Shown piece after piece: positions 31,708 through 42,247 of a DNA stretch of 64,000 nucleotides. Position 1 is the stretch's first letter, and each line of letters begins with the position of its first letter. The translations under genes and the position numbers were made by a program. Under the pieces are notes generated by a model that did no database searches, was not told where the DNA came from, and was given only the letters and a program-made list of their open reading frames with translations. Source of the DNA: Candidatus Latescibacterota bacterium (GTDB lineage: Bacteria > Latescibacterota > UBA2968 > GCA-2709665); contig OZ242180.1 of assembly GCA_965205485.1 (NCBI GenBank), positions 1,952,001-2,016,000 of the forward strand, read 5' to 3'.

Positions 31708-32910
31708 GTGGACAGCGCTTCAGATGGGGAACGGCTGGAAGAACTCCGATGCGTGGTGAATCGGAATCGGCTTGTTGAAACGGCGAAGGCGCTGATTTCA
31801 GTACCCAGCCCCACGCGGAGCGCCGGCGCCGTGGCGGACCGTCTCGCGGAGATACTGGCCGACGACGGATTCGAAGTGAAACGGCCGGAAGCAGACTGGC
31901 CCGAAGCGCCCGCCGTGGTCGTCCGGCTGGAAACAGGGCGGCCGGGACGAACGCTGCAGTTCGACGGGCACCTGGATACGGTTCACCTGCCGTTTGTTCC
32001 GCCCAGTTTGGAAGACGGTATCCTTTGCGGCTCAGGCGCATCGGACATGAAGGGTGGAATCGCGGCGGCCGTGGAGGCCCTCCGGGCGCTGCGCGAAACG
32101 GAAGCGCTTGCCGGCGGGGGCGTGCTGCTGACTGCGCACGATCATCACGAGGGTCCCTGGGGAGACCGGCGCCAGGTGAGGGCGCTGGTAGCGGAGGGTT
32201 TCGTGGGTGACGCCGTGATGCTCCCGGAATATCTGGCGGATCGATTGCCTCTGGCCGGACGGGGAATGGCAATTTTCGAGGTTTCGATTCGCAGAGAGGG
32301 GGATCCGGTTCACGAGGTCCTTCGTGCGCCGGAGACGCCCGACGTCCCGGGAGCCGGCGCCGAACTGGTATGCCGGCTCCGGTCCTTGAATGAATCGCTG
32401 GCGAAGACGTCCGACCCCTGGTCGGGGCGCGACACGGTATTCGTGGGGTTCATTGAGTCGGGCGAGATCTACAACCAGGCCCCGGTGGGTTGCACTGTCA
32501 GGGGAACGAGGCGATGGGTCACGCCCGGCCGAACTGACGCTGTCGAAGCCGGGTTTCGCGCGCTGGTCGACGAACTCGCGGTGGAATCAGGGACGTCGGC
32601 GACGGTTGACTTCCAAATTCAGGGAGACGCGTTCCGGGTCTCGCGCGAAGACGCGATCGTCGGCGCGTTTCAGTCGGCGTACTCGGCGGTTACCGGCAGA
32701 GAACTGCCCGTTGGCGGCAAGCCGTTCGTGGACGACGGCAATTCCTACGCGGCGCTTGCCGGCATTCCGGCGCTGACGCACGGGCCGGATGCAAAAGGAG
32801 CGCACACGCTTTCCGAGGCAGTTGAAGTGGACGAACTGGTCCGGGTGGCTCGGGTATACGCGATGACGGCCGTGGCGTACTGTGGAGGGGTGGTTCAGGG
32901 CCCGGAATAA
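31708..32910 (+). CDS. M20 family metallohydrolase (ArgE/DapE-like)
   Basis: FDGHLDTV, GSGASDMKGG, GP..GAHT-E. Confidence 0.85.
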   Translation: MDSASDGERLEELRCVVNRNRLVETAKALISVPSPTRSAGAVADRLAEILADDGFEVKRPEADWPEAPAVVVRLETGRPGRTLQFDGHLDTVHLPFVPPSLEDGILCGSGASDMKGGIAAAVEALRALRETEALAGGGVLLTAHDHHEGPWGDRRQVRALVAEGFVGDAVMLPEYLADRLPLAGRGMAIFEVSIRREGDPVHEVLRAPETPDVPGAGAELVCRLRSLNESLAKTSDPWSGRDTVFVGFIESGEIYNQAPVGCTVRGTRRWVTPGRTDAVEAGFRALVDELAVESGTSATVDFQIQGDAFRVSREDAIVGAFQSAYSAVTGRELPVGGKPFVDDGNSYAALAGIPALTHGPDAKGAHTLSEAVEVDELVRVARVYAMTAVAYCGGVVQGPE

Positions 32911-32923
32911 GTGAAACCACCGG

Positions 32924-33598
32924 TTACGCCGATATTCCGTGTTCGTCCAGGTAGGATTCGATTCGCCCTCTGAAGTCGGGCGTAAGGGCAATTTTCCCGT
33001 CGATGCTGCGGCCGGGCAGGTATTCAAGAACGTCTTGAATGGTGATTATGGAACGCACGGGTACGCCGGCGGCTGTCTGAAGCGCTGCCACGGCGTCTTC
33101 GCCGTCCGCGTTTCTCTCCTTGCGGTCCAGAGCGATGACGAGGCCCGATATCCGGGCGCTGCATGCTGCTTTCAGTCTGCGGATCATCTGAATCTTGGTG
33201 GCGCCGTCTGTGACGACGTCGTCTACCAATACGACGCGGTCCTGAGGGTCGGGTTCTTTGCCAACGAGCCAGCCCCCCTCGCCGTGTTCCTTGATCTCCT
33301 TGCGGTCAAAGCCATAGCTGGTGTCCATATCGAAGCGCTGTCGGAGGGCGATGGCCGCGGCGATGCAGAGGGGGATGCCCTTATAGGCCGGACCGAAAAC
33401 CAGCGTCGGCTCAACGTCGAGCTCGCGGATGGCGCAGGCATAGAAATAGCCGAGGCGCTCGATTTCCGCGCCGGTGTTGAATTGCCCGGCATTGAAGAAG
33501 TACGGGGACCTTCTGCCGCTCTTGAGCGTGAACTCGCCGAAACGGAGGGCGCCGGTCTCAATCAGAAAGTCGATGAATTCCTGTTGATAGGCTTGCAT
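32924..33598 (-). CDS. pyrE: Orotate phosphoribosyltransferase
   Basis: FTLKSGRRSPYFFNAG, FGPAYKGIP, RKEIKEHGEGG, VLVDDVVT-G. Confidence 0.96.
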   Translation of the reverse strand: MQAYQQEFIDFLIETGALRFGEFTLKSGRRSPYFFNAGQFNTGAEIERLGYFYACAIRELDVEPTLVFGPAYKGIPLCIAAAIALRQRFDMDTSYGFDRKEIKEHGEGGWLVGKEPDPQDRVVLVDDVVTDGATKIQMIRRLKAACSARISGLVIALDRKERNADGEDAVAALQTAAGVPVRSIITIQDVLEYLPGRSIDGKIALTPDFRGRIESYLDEHGISA

Positions 33599-33734
33599 CG
33601 CGGGTACTCCTGACAGATGGTGCCCGGACCGCGAAATCGGTTTACAGCCGGGTTTGTACTTGACGCGAATTCGTCAAGAAACGATCTTAGATGACTCTGG
33701 AGACGAAACGGTTAAACGGCGAATCGAGGTCGGA

Positions 33735-34178
33735 TTGACAGTCACACGGTGGAGAATCGCACTGGCGGGTTGGATGGGACTGGTTTTTCTCTTATCCAGC
33801 AGATGGCTCGCTTTCGGCATGTCCGCGGATGCGACGGAGGCGTATCTCGGCATATTGAATTACGCGGTTCGCAAGCTCGCCCATTTGACTGAATACGCGG
33901 TCCTGACGTATCTCTGGCTGCGGTCAATCTGGATTGAGCCGCGCCGTTTCGGTCCATGTCTGGCATGGAGCGCGGTACTGTCCGCATGTTTCGCCGTGAC
34001 CGACGAGATCCACCAACATTCCGTTCCGGAACGACTGGGAATCTGGACAGACGTGGTGTATGACGCCGCCGGCATCCTGCTGATGGTTTTTCTGTTATGG
34101 AAGATCAGGAACGGGGAAAACGCGGCATTGAAACGCAGGGTGTTCGGTTTCTCAGATCATGCGCCGGACCGCGCATAA
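33735..34178 (+). CDS. VanZ family membrane protein
   Basis: RKLAHLTEYAVL, TDEIHQ-VPER, DV-YD; start uncertain. Confidence 0.85.
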   Translation: MTVTRWRIALAGWMGLVFLLSSRWLAFGMSADATEAYLGILNYAVRKLAHLTEYAVLTYLWLRSIWIEPRRFGPCLAWSAVLSACFAVTDEIHQHSVPERLGIWTDVVYDAAGILLMVFLLWKIRNGENAALKRRVFGFSDHAPDRA

Positions 34179-34242
34179 GATAAACGATCCCACCCGGCCT
34201 GACAAGCCGATTCACCCATATTGAGCTCGAGGAAGGACCGCC

Positions 34243-35577
34243 ATGGCGACAGAATATCGCAACGTACTCCTGCTGATTGCCGACGACTGGAGCCCGATTG
34301 CCGGATGCTACGGGAATCCGGCGATCCGGACCCCGAATGTTGACGCATTGGCGTCGCGTGGAACGGTGTTTACCCAGGCCTTCTGTACAACGCCTTCCTG
34401 CGCGGCCAGCCGGGCGTGCGTGTTGACGGGACACTACAGCCATACCCACGGGCAGTACGGCCATACGCACGGGATCCACAATTTCCACACGCAACTCTCC
34501 ATGCCCTCTATACCGAGAGCCCTCGGATCCGAGGGGTTCGCCACCGGGATTGTGGGCAAGCTGCACGTACAGCCGGAAGAGGTATATCCGTGGACGTACG
34601 ACGGGCAACAGGTGCACGGCGGGACCCGCAACGTAGCCGAGATGGCCCGGCATGCCGGTGAGTTCCTTGCTCAGACGGGTGACAGGCCCTTCTATCTGCA
34701 TATGGGATTCGGGGATCCGCATCGGAATTTCGGCAATCAGGAGACCTATCCTGACGTGGAAGAGGTGCATTATTCGCCTGACGAGGTGGTGGTGCCCGAT
34801 TTCCTGCCCGACCGCCCCGCTGTGCGTAAGGAGCTGGCGGAATATTACCAGTCGATATCCAGGCTGGATCAGGGGATCGGGATGGCGGTGGGTGCGCTGG
34901 AAGCCGCCGGGAGGGCGGGCGACACGCTGATCGTCGTGATGAGCGACCATGGGATGCCGTTTCCCGGCGCCAAGGGGTCCTCGTTCGACTCCGGGCATCG
35001 CTGTCCCCTGATTCTGGTACGGCCCGATGCGCCGGCCGTCCGGTCGGACGCGCTCGTGAACTGGTGCAATATCGCGCCGACGGTCCTGGAATGGTGCGGG
35101 GTGGAACCACCGGGCGGACTTCCGGAGCGTTCCATGATCCCGATTCTGGACGAGTCCCGTCCGGAGGGGTGGGAAGAGACGTTTTTTTCTCATTCGTTCC
35201 ACGAAGTGACGAACTACTATCCGTACCGCGTGTTGAGGGGAAGAAAGTACAAATACGTCCGCAATCTGTATCCTGAGCTGACAACGCCGATTCCGGGCGA
35301 TCTGTGGGCGTCTCCGACCTGGCAGACAGTCCTGGCTGAAGGGATCGGGATGATGGGGCGGCGGCCCACGGAACGGTTTCTGCATCAGGATGGAGAAGCG
35401 TTGTTCGACGTTGAAGCCGATCCGCAGGAATCCACCAATCTGATCCAAGATCCGGAGGTTGCCGAGGTCGCGGAGACGATGCGGCGGAAGGTCAAGGCGT
35501 TCCGCGTTGAGACCCGCGATCCCTGGGTCCTCGCGTCCATCCACGCCGGCGAAGAAGGCCTTGACGACAGGCGGTGA
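34243..35577 (+). CDS. Sulfatase (heparan N-sulfatase-like subfamily)
   Basis: IADD, TPNVDALA, CAASRACVLTG formylglycine motif, GKLH, DPHR, SDHG. Confidence 0.9.
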   Translation: MATEYRNVLLLIADDWSPIAGCYGNPAIRTPNVDALASRGTVFTQAFCTTPSCAASRACVLTGHYSHTHGQYGHTHGIHNFHTQLSMPSIPRALGSEGFATGIVGKLHVQPEEVYPWTYDGQQVHGGTRNVAEMARHAGEFLAQTGDRPFYLHMGFGDPHRNFGNQETYPDVEEVHYSPDEVVVPDFLPDRPAVRKELAEYYQSISRLDQGIGMAVGALEAAGRAGDTLIVVMSDHGMPFPGAKGSSFDSGHRCPLILVRPDAPAVRSDALVNWCNIAPTVLEWCGVEPPGGLPERSMIPILDESRPEGWEETFFSHSFHEVTNYYPYRVLRGRKYKYVRNLYPELTTPIPGDLWASPTWQTVLAEGIGMMGRRPTERFLHQDGEALFDVEADPQESTNLIQDPEVAEVAETMRRKVKAFRVETRDPWVLASIHAGEEGLDDRR

Positions 35578-35725
35578 GACGGGAGAGATCGAGGAAAATC
35601 AGAAAATCGGGCTCACACGGAGACATGAAGGCACAAAGAAGAGCAGTCAGCATTCAGAAAAGGCCGGTACAATGGCAGATCCAAACGGCTGTCCTTGCCA
35701 CGAAGACTCACGCCCGCCCGGTGGC

Positions 35726-35935
35726 GTGGGGGGTTTTTCCGTGTCATTCCGTACACCTCCGTACGTCGGAAGTTCCGCGAGGGCTCGAAGGCCACCCAAT
35801 TCCATTTGTGCCTCTGGGGCGATTCACGGAAAAACCGGCCCCGCGCCGAGCGGCGCCCTTCTTTTTCGCCCTTTTTCTTGGGCGCAGCAAGAAAAAGGGC
35901 AAGGGAATAGGGGACGTTATGGGATGGGGGAGATA
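35726..35935. repeat. TTTTTCCGTG/CACGGAAAAA structured element, copy 4
   Basis: Similar to 181-366; 81-nt core; compensatory changes in the distal hairpin. Confidence 0.85.
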
Positions 35936-35989
35936 TTTCCTGACGTTTGGCGAAACACTTCAGTTAAATCGTCTCTTTAGAGGTTTTTC

Positions 35990-36630
35990 TTGATCTTCAA
36001 ATCAATCGTCGTCGGTCCGTTGCAGGTGAACTGTTTCGTCCTGGCCTGCGAAAAAACCCTCGAGGGCATTATCGTCGATCCGGGGCGACAACGTCCCGGA
36101 AGTCATGGAACTCGTCCTGGAAGACGACATCCGCATCGTGGAAGTCATTGCCACCCACGGGCATTACGACCACATCGCCCATGCGGCCTCGGCGGTCCGC
36201 GAAACCGGCGCCCCGTTCGCAATACATCCGGCCGACCGCTACGAGGTCGAGCAACCTTGTGGAAATCGCCGGATCTGTCGGTATTGACGCGGAGCCCCCG
36301 CCGCGCATCGATCGTTTCCTGCACGAGGGCGACGTTGTCAGCATGGGTGAGGAAACCCTCGAGATTGTCCACACGCCGGGCCACGCACGTGGCAATATCA
36401 CCCTCAAGTGGCCGGGTCACGCGATTGTGGGGGACAGCCTCTTTGCCGGCTCCATCGGCCGCACCGACCTTCCGGGCGGCGATGCGGACCTTCTGCTCAA
36501 GTCAATTCGGGAGAAGATTCTGACCCTGGACGATGGGACGAAGATCTATCCGGGCCATGGACCCTTCACCACCGTGGGCATCGAGAAATCGAGCAATCCC
36601 TTTTTCGCGGGACATACAGGCGCGTGGTAG
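35990..36630 (+). pseudogene. MBL-fold metallo-hydrolase (glyoxalase II-like) split by two +1 frameshifts, or assembly errors
   Basis: GPLQVNC..IVDPG, THGHYDH and HTPGH..GDSLFAGSIGRTD..PGHG lie in three successive frames; shifts near 36083 and 36252. Confidence 0.75.
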
Positions 36631-36768
36631 TTCCGGATACCCGCGCTCGCGGCGAACCATACGAACCGCCGGATCTTGAACGAACGCCGTGAGCGCAATC
36701 CGATCAGGCGGTTACGGGGGGAAACACGGAAACCGGGACAGCGCCAACCGTCATCAACAGGAGGTCTT

Positions 36769-38283
36769 GTGGACATATCCGTAGCGATTGAGAACATCGC
36801 AGCATGGGAAACGGACGCGATCGTGTTGAATCTGTTCGAGGGCGTCACGGTACCCGGCGGCGCCACCGGCGCGGTGGACGCGGCGCTCAACGGCCAGGTT
36901 CGGGACCTGATTGCCACCGGCGACTTCACGGGCAAGTTCAAACAGGTTGCCGTCCTCTATCCGCGGGGTGGCATTTCCGCGAAGCGCCTCCTTCTCGTGG
37001 GTCTGGGCAAACGCGAGGAATTCACCCTCGACCGTGTGCGGCAGGTCTCCGCCGCGGTCGCGCGGCATGCACGCGGCCTGGGCATAGAACAACTGGCCAC
37101 GGTCGTTCACGGTGGCGGGGTGGGTGGTCTGGACGTTTCCGATGCGGCGCAGGCCGTGGTCGAAGGCGCTATTCTCGGGACGTACCGGTTTACGCCGTAC
37201 AAGAGCGGGGACGACGACATCAACAACGAACTCGAAGGCCTTACACTCGTCGAATTCGATGCGGCCAAACAGACCGAAATCGAAAGCGGTTCGGATGCAG
37301 GGCGAATCATCGCCGAAGCCACGTGCCTGGCCCGGGACCTGGGAAGCCACCCGGGAAACGAAATGACTCCCGCCATACTCGCCGGACGGGCTGAGTCCAT
37401 GGCCCGTGAAACGGGTCTGCGGTGCGAGATCTTCGACGAAGGTCGGATTGCAAGCGAAGGCATGCGCACCATCCAGGCCGTGGCGCAGGGCAGCGCGCAA
37501 CCCCCCAGGTTCATCGTTCTCGAACACGAGGGCGATGATCCCGAAGCGGCGCCCGCGGTGCTGATCGGAAAGGGCATCACTTTCGATTCCGGCGGCATTT
37601 CCATCAAAGGCTCCGAGGGCATGTGGGATATGAAGTTCGACATGGGAGGCGCCGCCGCCGTCATCGGCGCGATGCAGGCTGTGGCACGGCTGGATCTGCC
37701 GGTACGTACGATCGGCCTTGTGGCCGCCTCGGAAAACATGCCCGGCAGCCGCGCGCTCAAGCCGGGCGACATTATCCGCTCCATGCTGGGAAAAACCATC
37801 GAAATCCGTTCCACGGACGCCGAAGGCCGCCTGGTTCTGGCCGACGCCGTGGCCTACGCCGCCCGTTACAACCCCTCCGCTGCCATCGATCTGGCAACGC
37901 TTACGGGCGCGTGCGTCATCGCCCTGGGACACGAGGCCAGCGGGCTCTTCTCAAACGATGACGGGCTGGCGGCTGAAATTGCCGCTGCAGGAGAAAGGAC
38001 GGGTGAGATTGCGTGGCGCCTTCCCGTTCTGGATGGCCATCGGGAGGAGATGAAGAGCGATGTTGCCGATCTGAAGAACACAGGCGGCCGCGCGGGCGGC
38101 GCCATCACGGGCGCGGCGTTCATCGAAGCCTTCGTGCAGGACTTCCCCTGGGCTCACCTGGACATTGCCGGCACGGCCTGGGCGAGCAAAGACCTGCCGC
38201 ACGTTCCCAAGGGCGGCACGGGCGTGGGCGTGCGTCTCCTGGTTGACCTGCTGCGGAACAAAGAAAATGCGCCGGGACCCTGA
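36769..38283 (+). CDS. pepA: Leucyl aminopeptidase (M17)
   Basis: GKGITFDSGG, MKFDMGG, TDAEGRLVLAD, ATLTGA, WAHLDIAG; AGGAGG RBS before GTG. Confidence 0.95.
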   Translation: MDISVAIENIAAWETDAIVLNLFEGVTVPGGATGAVDAALNGQVRDLIATGDFTGKFKQVAVLYPRGGISAKRLLLVGLGKREEFTLDRVRQVSAAVARHARGLGIEQLATVVHGGGVGGLDVSDAAQAVVEGAILGTYRFTPYKSGDDDINNELEGLTLVEFDAAKQTEIESGSDAGRIIAEATCLARDLGSHPGNEMTPAILAGRAESMARETGLRCEIFDEGRIASEGMRTIQAVAQGSAQPPRFIVLEHEGDDPEAAPAVLIGKGITFDSGGISIKGSEGMWDMKFDMGGAAAVIGAMQAVARLDLPVRTIGLVAASENMPGSRALKPGDIIRSMLGKTIEIRSTDAEGRLVLADAVAYAARYNPSAAIDLATLTGACVIALGHEASGLFSNDDGLAAEIAAAGERTGEIAWRLPVLDGHREEMKSDVADLKNTGGRAGGAITGAAFIEAFVQDFPWAHLDIAGTAWASKDLPHVPKGGTGVGVRLLVDLLRNKENAPGP

Positions 38284-38338
38284 AAAGGGGTTCCGGCGCT
38301 TTGCTGTTCCTGAGTTCCGCCCGTCAGTTGCAAGTCAA

Positions 38339-38842
38339 TCAATCTCCCGGGATGTAGAATCGTATCCCCGCCTGAACGCCGATTTCGTTCTCCGCCGTCT
38401 GATCTTCAAAGGATCTGAACCAGCGTACCTGAACGAACACCCCCGCGCTGGGTCCCACGCCGAACGACAACCCGCCCGCCACGGTGATCATCCCGTCGGT
38501 GCCGGTTGCCAGACCCGCCGTGGGTTGGCCCCGGATAAGCAACGCGCCTCCGCCTGCGCCGAAATAAATCGTGCCTCCGTATTCCGAAAGCGGCGGTTTG
38601 TACAGCAGTGAGATACCTATGGGTATGATCCTTGTACCCGACTTGCTGTAGAACTCGAAGAAAGGCGCCAGGTGAGTGGGATATTCGTCGCTAAGCGACA
38701 TCTCCAGCGAAAAGTGACCGCCCGGCCTGGTGGGGTCGAAGAGTGTACCGCCTCCCAGATTCATCCCGAAATCTCTCGCGTAGACAGGCGTGGCCGCCAG
38801 TAACGCAAGCCCGGACATCAAAGCCAGTATGCGAGTTCTCAT
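38339..38842 (-). CDS. Outer-membrane beta-barrel protein, paralogue 1
   Basis: Signal peptide, alternating strands, IYFGAGGG, C-terminal AGIRFY. Confidence 0.7.
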   Translation of the reverse strand: MRTRILALMSGLALLAATPVYARDFGMNLGGGTLFDPTRPGGHFSLEMSLSDEYPTHLAPFFEFYSKSGTRIIPIGISLLYKPPLSEYGGTIYFGAGGGALLIRGQPTAGLATGTDGMITVAGGLSFGVGPSAGVFVQVRWFRSFEDQTAENEIGVQAGIRFYIPGD

Positions 38843-38892
38843 TATTCCTCCATTTTGCGCGGTCGAATGGTGAGGAATTTTGGGACAGGACA

Positions 38893-39495
38893 CTAGTAGT
38901 CCTCATATTCCGATTGGCCGATATTGAGAGAGAGGCCAATCTGAAATGCAAAACTCTTTATATCCAGTTGAGGCGCCACCTCCTGGCCACTGGAGAGACG
39001 GATGACTTCCGGGTCTCCGCTGTACATGCCAATCCACTTCCCCTGCAGAAAGACAGATGCCCTTTCGGTTGTGGCAAACTCAAGACCGAACAGCACGTTG
39101 ACCATGGCCTGGGTTCTTGAAGCTTCGACCGTCTCAAGCGATTGATCGGTGGTTTCGCCGATGTCGACGTCAAATTCCCTCTTCGAGGTCACGCTGCCAA
39201 TCCCGCCTCCACCTCCGAAGTAGATGATTCCGTTTTCGCCCGCGGGGCGTTTGACGACAAGATTCAGGCCGCCGCCGAATACCCTGCTTTCGGACTTCGA
39301 AAAGAAGTCGACAAATGGCGAAAATGCGACCAGGCCCTCCGAGGCGCTGATGTCATACGCGAGTCCGATGCCCGGCGTCTGTTCATCGAAGTGTATACCC
39401 GCGCCCAACTTGAGCGCGTGCTGCGCCCACGCGTCAGAAGCAGTGAGCATTGCAGTGAAACATAGAGCAAAGAGAACGCGGATAAGCGCCTGCAT
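38893..39495 (-). CDS. Outer-membrane beta-barrel protein, paralogue 2
   Basis: Signal peptide; SPFVD..SRVFGGGLNLVVKR shared with paralogue 3. Confidence 0.75.
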   Translation of the reverse strand: MQALIRVLFALCFTAMLTASDAWAQHALKLGAGIHFDEQTPGIGLAYDISASEGLVAFSPFVDFFSKSESRVFGGGLNLVVKRPAGENGIIYFGGGGGIGSVTSKREFDVDIGETTDQSLETVEASRTQAMVNVLFGLEFATTERASVFLQGKWIGMYSGDPEVIRLSSGQEVAPQLDIKSFAFQIGLSLNIGQSEYEDY

Positions 39496-39680
39496 TCAAT
39501 CCTCCCCGGTTCCGGTGCGGCCTGGACGCGTGAATCTCCAGGATACATGATGTGTTCAATCCCAACAATAATCGCCAAAATGCCGCCAAAAATCAACCCA
39601 AAAACCGCCGGACGCGCTTGTACGGGCCAACCGATGCCATCCAGCGAGCCGTTAATTTTCCCTTGCCGCCGATAGTGCGA

Positions 39681-40262
39681 TCAGTGCCAGAACCCTATGG
39701 TAATTCCGGCGGTGGCAGCGAAATTTCTGAGTTCCAGGTTGATCGCGTCCGGAATCGTAACCGTCCTTCCTTCAACCGAGCCCGTGATGTCCACCCGCCC
39801 CCCGCCAAAGGTCCCCAGCCACTTGACCTGGACGAACCCTCCGACGGTTTCGTGCAGGTCGAATTCCACACCCAGTTCGAGATCCGCCATCGCCTGCGTC
39901 TTTGACGCCGAACCGGTGATGCCGGCCGAACTTTCTTCTGCCCGAACCGAGGCGATTCCACCTCCAACGCCCAAATAGAGTCGCGACTGCTCGCCTCCAG
40001 CGCGTTTGACGACGAGATTCAGCCCGCCGCCGAAAACGCGGGAGCCGGAATCTCCGTAATAATCCACGAACGGCGAAAGCATCATTCCCTCTTTGCCAAG
40101 ATCGACGGAAACGCCTCCGCCAGGTTCATTCTTGTTGAAGAACATCCCCCCGCCGACCTTGAATGTACCGGCCGACGCCGGAACGGAAGCAAGGAGAATC
40201 ACCATCGCGGCGAGAAGGGCGAGACGTGGTGAATTGGAATACCGGGTTATTCGAAGATTCAT
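39681..40262 (-). CDS. Outer-membrane beta-barrel protein, paralogue 3
   Basis: Signal peptide; C-terminal AGITIGFWH aromatic beta-signal. Confidence 0.75.
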   Translation of the reverse strand: MNLRITRYSNSPRLALLAAMVILLASVPASAGTFKVGGGMFFNKNEPGGGVSVDLGKEGMMLSPFVDYYGDSGSRVFGGGLNLVVKRAGGEQSRLYLGVGGGIASVRAEESSAGITGSASKTQAMADLELGVEFDLHETVGGFVQVKWLGTFGGGRVDITGSVEGRTVTIPDAINLELRNFAATAGITIGFWH

Positions 40263-40307
40263 GTCAACGAGATTCTCCTGCGCATAAACAGCTTACTGCT
40301 TCAAGAA

Positions 40308-40572
40308 GCCGTCAGCTATCAGCTCTCAGCAGTCAGCTAAAACCAAAAGACGAAAAGCAAATTCAAAAGCCACCTCACACCCGGCCCCCCAGACCTCTCT
40401 CCCCGGCCCTCTCTCCTACCAGGAGAGAGGGAGCAAAAACAGGTTTCGCGTGCCGGTCATCTATAAAAATTCTGTGACAGGGAAACGCCATCCGGCAGGT
40501 TTGCATGCCCTGTACATCCACCCATCACGGTTCCCCCTTCCTCTCAGGGAGGGGGTTAGGGGGAAGGTCGGA
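40308..40572. repeat. Partial composite repeat (heptamers + two purine/pyrimidine hairpins)
   Basis: Colinear with 11588-11853. Confidence 0.8.
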
Positions 40573-40922
40573 GAGAGGGGGAGACGACAGCACCGCACGC
40601 CAACGGTTTTCCGCTCTCCTCAGCAATCCTATTCCATTCGAATCTTGCGAGAGTCCGATTGCAGAAAGACAGATGACACAGTTCCCGCAAAATCAAAATT
40701 CGTAATTCAGGAAAGGTCCAGTCTCGCGCTACCCGAAATATATCACAGCAAAAGAACCGGCGGCAAGGGAATTTTCCATCGAGGATGCCCTCCTGAACGG
40801 ATGCCTGTTGCTCAGCGACGCCGGTTATCCTATATTCCACATCGCTTTTCTCAGGAGCCTGGAATTTCAAGACAGCTTCCTGTACCTGTCTCCGGAAATT
40901 GCCGTACCGTTCAACCACGTCT

Positions 40923-42204
40923 ATGCCCGAATCCGCGGAATACCCCGCCGGGTGCGCCCGAACCCACCGTATCGCCGACCTTGCGCCCGGCGACGAAGCA
41001 GTATTGGCCGGTCGGATCGTCGCAGGCATGGACGAGGACAGTCCGCGATTGGTTGACGAGTCAGGCGAGGTTGGCCTGACGTGTAGCCGGACCCGGGAAA
41101 CTCCGCGCATTGGAGACGTTGTCGAGTTGACGGGGTATCTGGCGGCCCCCTGAATTCCAGGTGCAAAGCCACCGTGTACTGGCGCCGGCGTTACGCGCTC
41201 CCGAAGCCGGGCCCTCCCCCGGAATCCTGCGTACGCGCGCCAGGGTTCTTGCGTTTGTCAGGCGCTTTTTCGAGAACGCCGGGTTCCTGGAGGTTGAGAC
41301 CCCGTTGCTCGTCCCCAGCCCGGGAATGGAACCCCATCTGGACGCGTTCGAAACCCGCTACAGCGAAAACGGAAACGCCCGGCGCTATTACCTGCCCACC
41401 TCTCCCGAATACGCGATGAAGCGCCTCCTGTCGTCCGGGTACGAACGCATCTTCCAGATCTGCAAGTCTTTCCGCCAGGACGCGCCCGGTCCAATGCACA
41501 GCCCTGAATTCACACTCCTCGAGTGGTACCGGGCGTACGCCGATTATACCACTATCATGGCCGATACCGAGAATCTGTTTCATGGCCTGGTGCGTGAAGT
41601 TACCGGAAGTTCGTCGGTCATCTACAGGGGTCGAGCCGTCGATTTTACCCCGCCGTGGCAACGGCTGAGCGTGCGGGAAGCGTTTGCCCGGTACGCCGGC
41701 GTGCGCGCCGATCCCGCCGAGGACCTGGACGGGTTTATCCACGAAGCCCGGCAACAGGGCCACCGTTCGGTCTCTCACGGCGATCCCTTCGAGGTTGCTT
41801 TCTTCAAGGTGTTCCTGGATGCCGTGGAAAAACGTCTCGGCGCCGGGCGTCCCACCTTTCTCGTGGATTATCCCGCGGAGATGGCGGCGCTTGCAAGGTT
41901 GAAGCAGAACGCGCCCGGAATCGCGGAACGGTTCGAGCTCTATGTGTCGGGCGTGGAGCTTGCCAACGCCTTTACGGAACTGAACGATCCCGCCGAACAG
42001 AGAGCCCGCCTGGAAGACGAAGCCGCGCAGCGACAACACAGCGGCCGTCCGGCGTACCCGATCGACGAACAGTTTCTGGGGGCTCTCGAAGCCGGTATGC
42101 CGCCGGCCGCGGGCATCGCGCTGGGTATCGATCGCCTGTTGATGGTGCTGACCGATGCCAGGCACATCCGCGACGTCGTGGCCATCCCGTTTTGTAATGC
42201 GTAG
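40923..42204 (+). CDS. epmA: EF-P lysine aminoacylase EpmA (GenX/PoxA) with an apparent N-terminal OB-fold separated by a +1 frameshift at the C-run 41146-41150
   Basis: GFLEVETP, PGMEPHL, YLPTSPEYAMKRLL, HSPEFTLLEWYR, ERFELY..ELANAFTEL, GIALGIDRL. Confidence 0.85.
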
Positions 42205-42247
42205 CGCTTGATAAAATTCCACCACAACCAGATCGAAAGGATTCACG

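Noticed and set aside
40556..41110. 184-aa minus-strand ORF
   Set aside because: It overlaps the OB-fold segment and a repeat, and has no recognisable motif
41151..41153. TGA upstream of epmA as a second Sec codon
   Set aside because: The downstream domain is in a different frame and the position is not a conserved Cys; a +1 indel explains it
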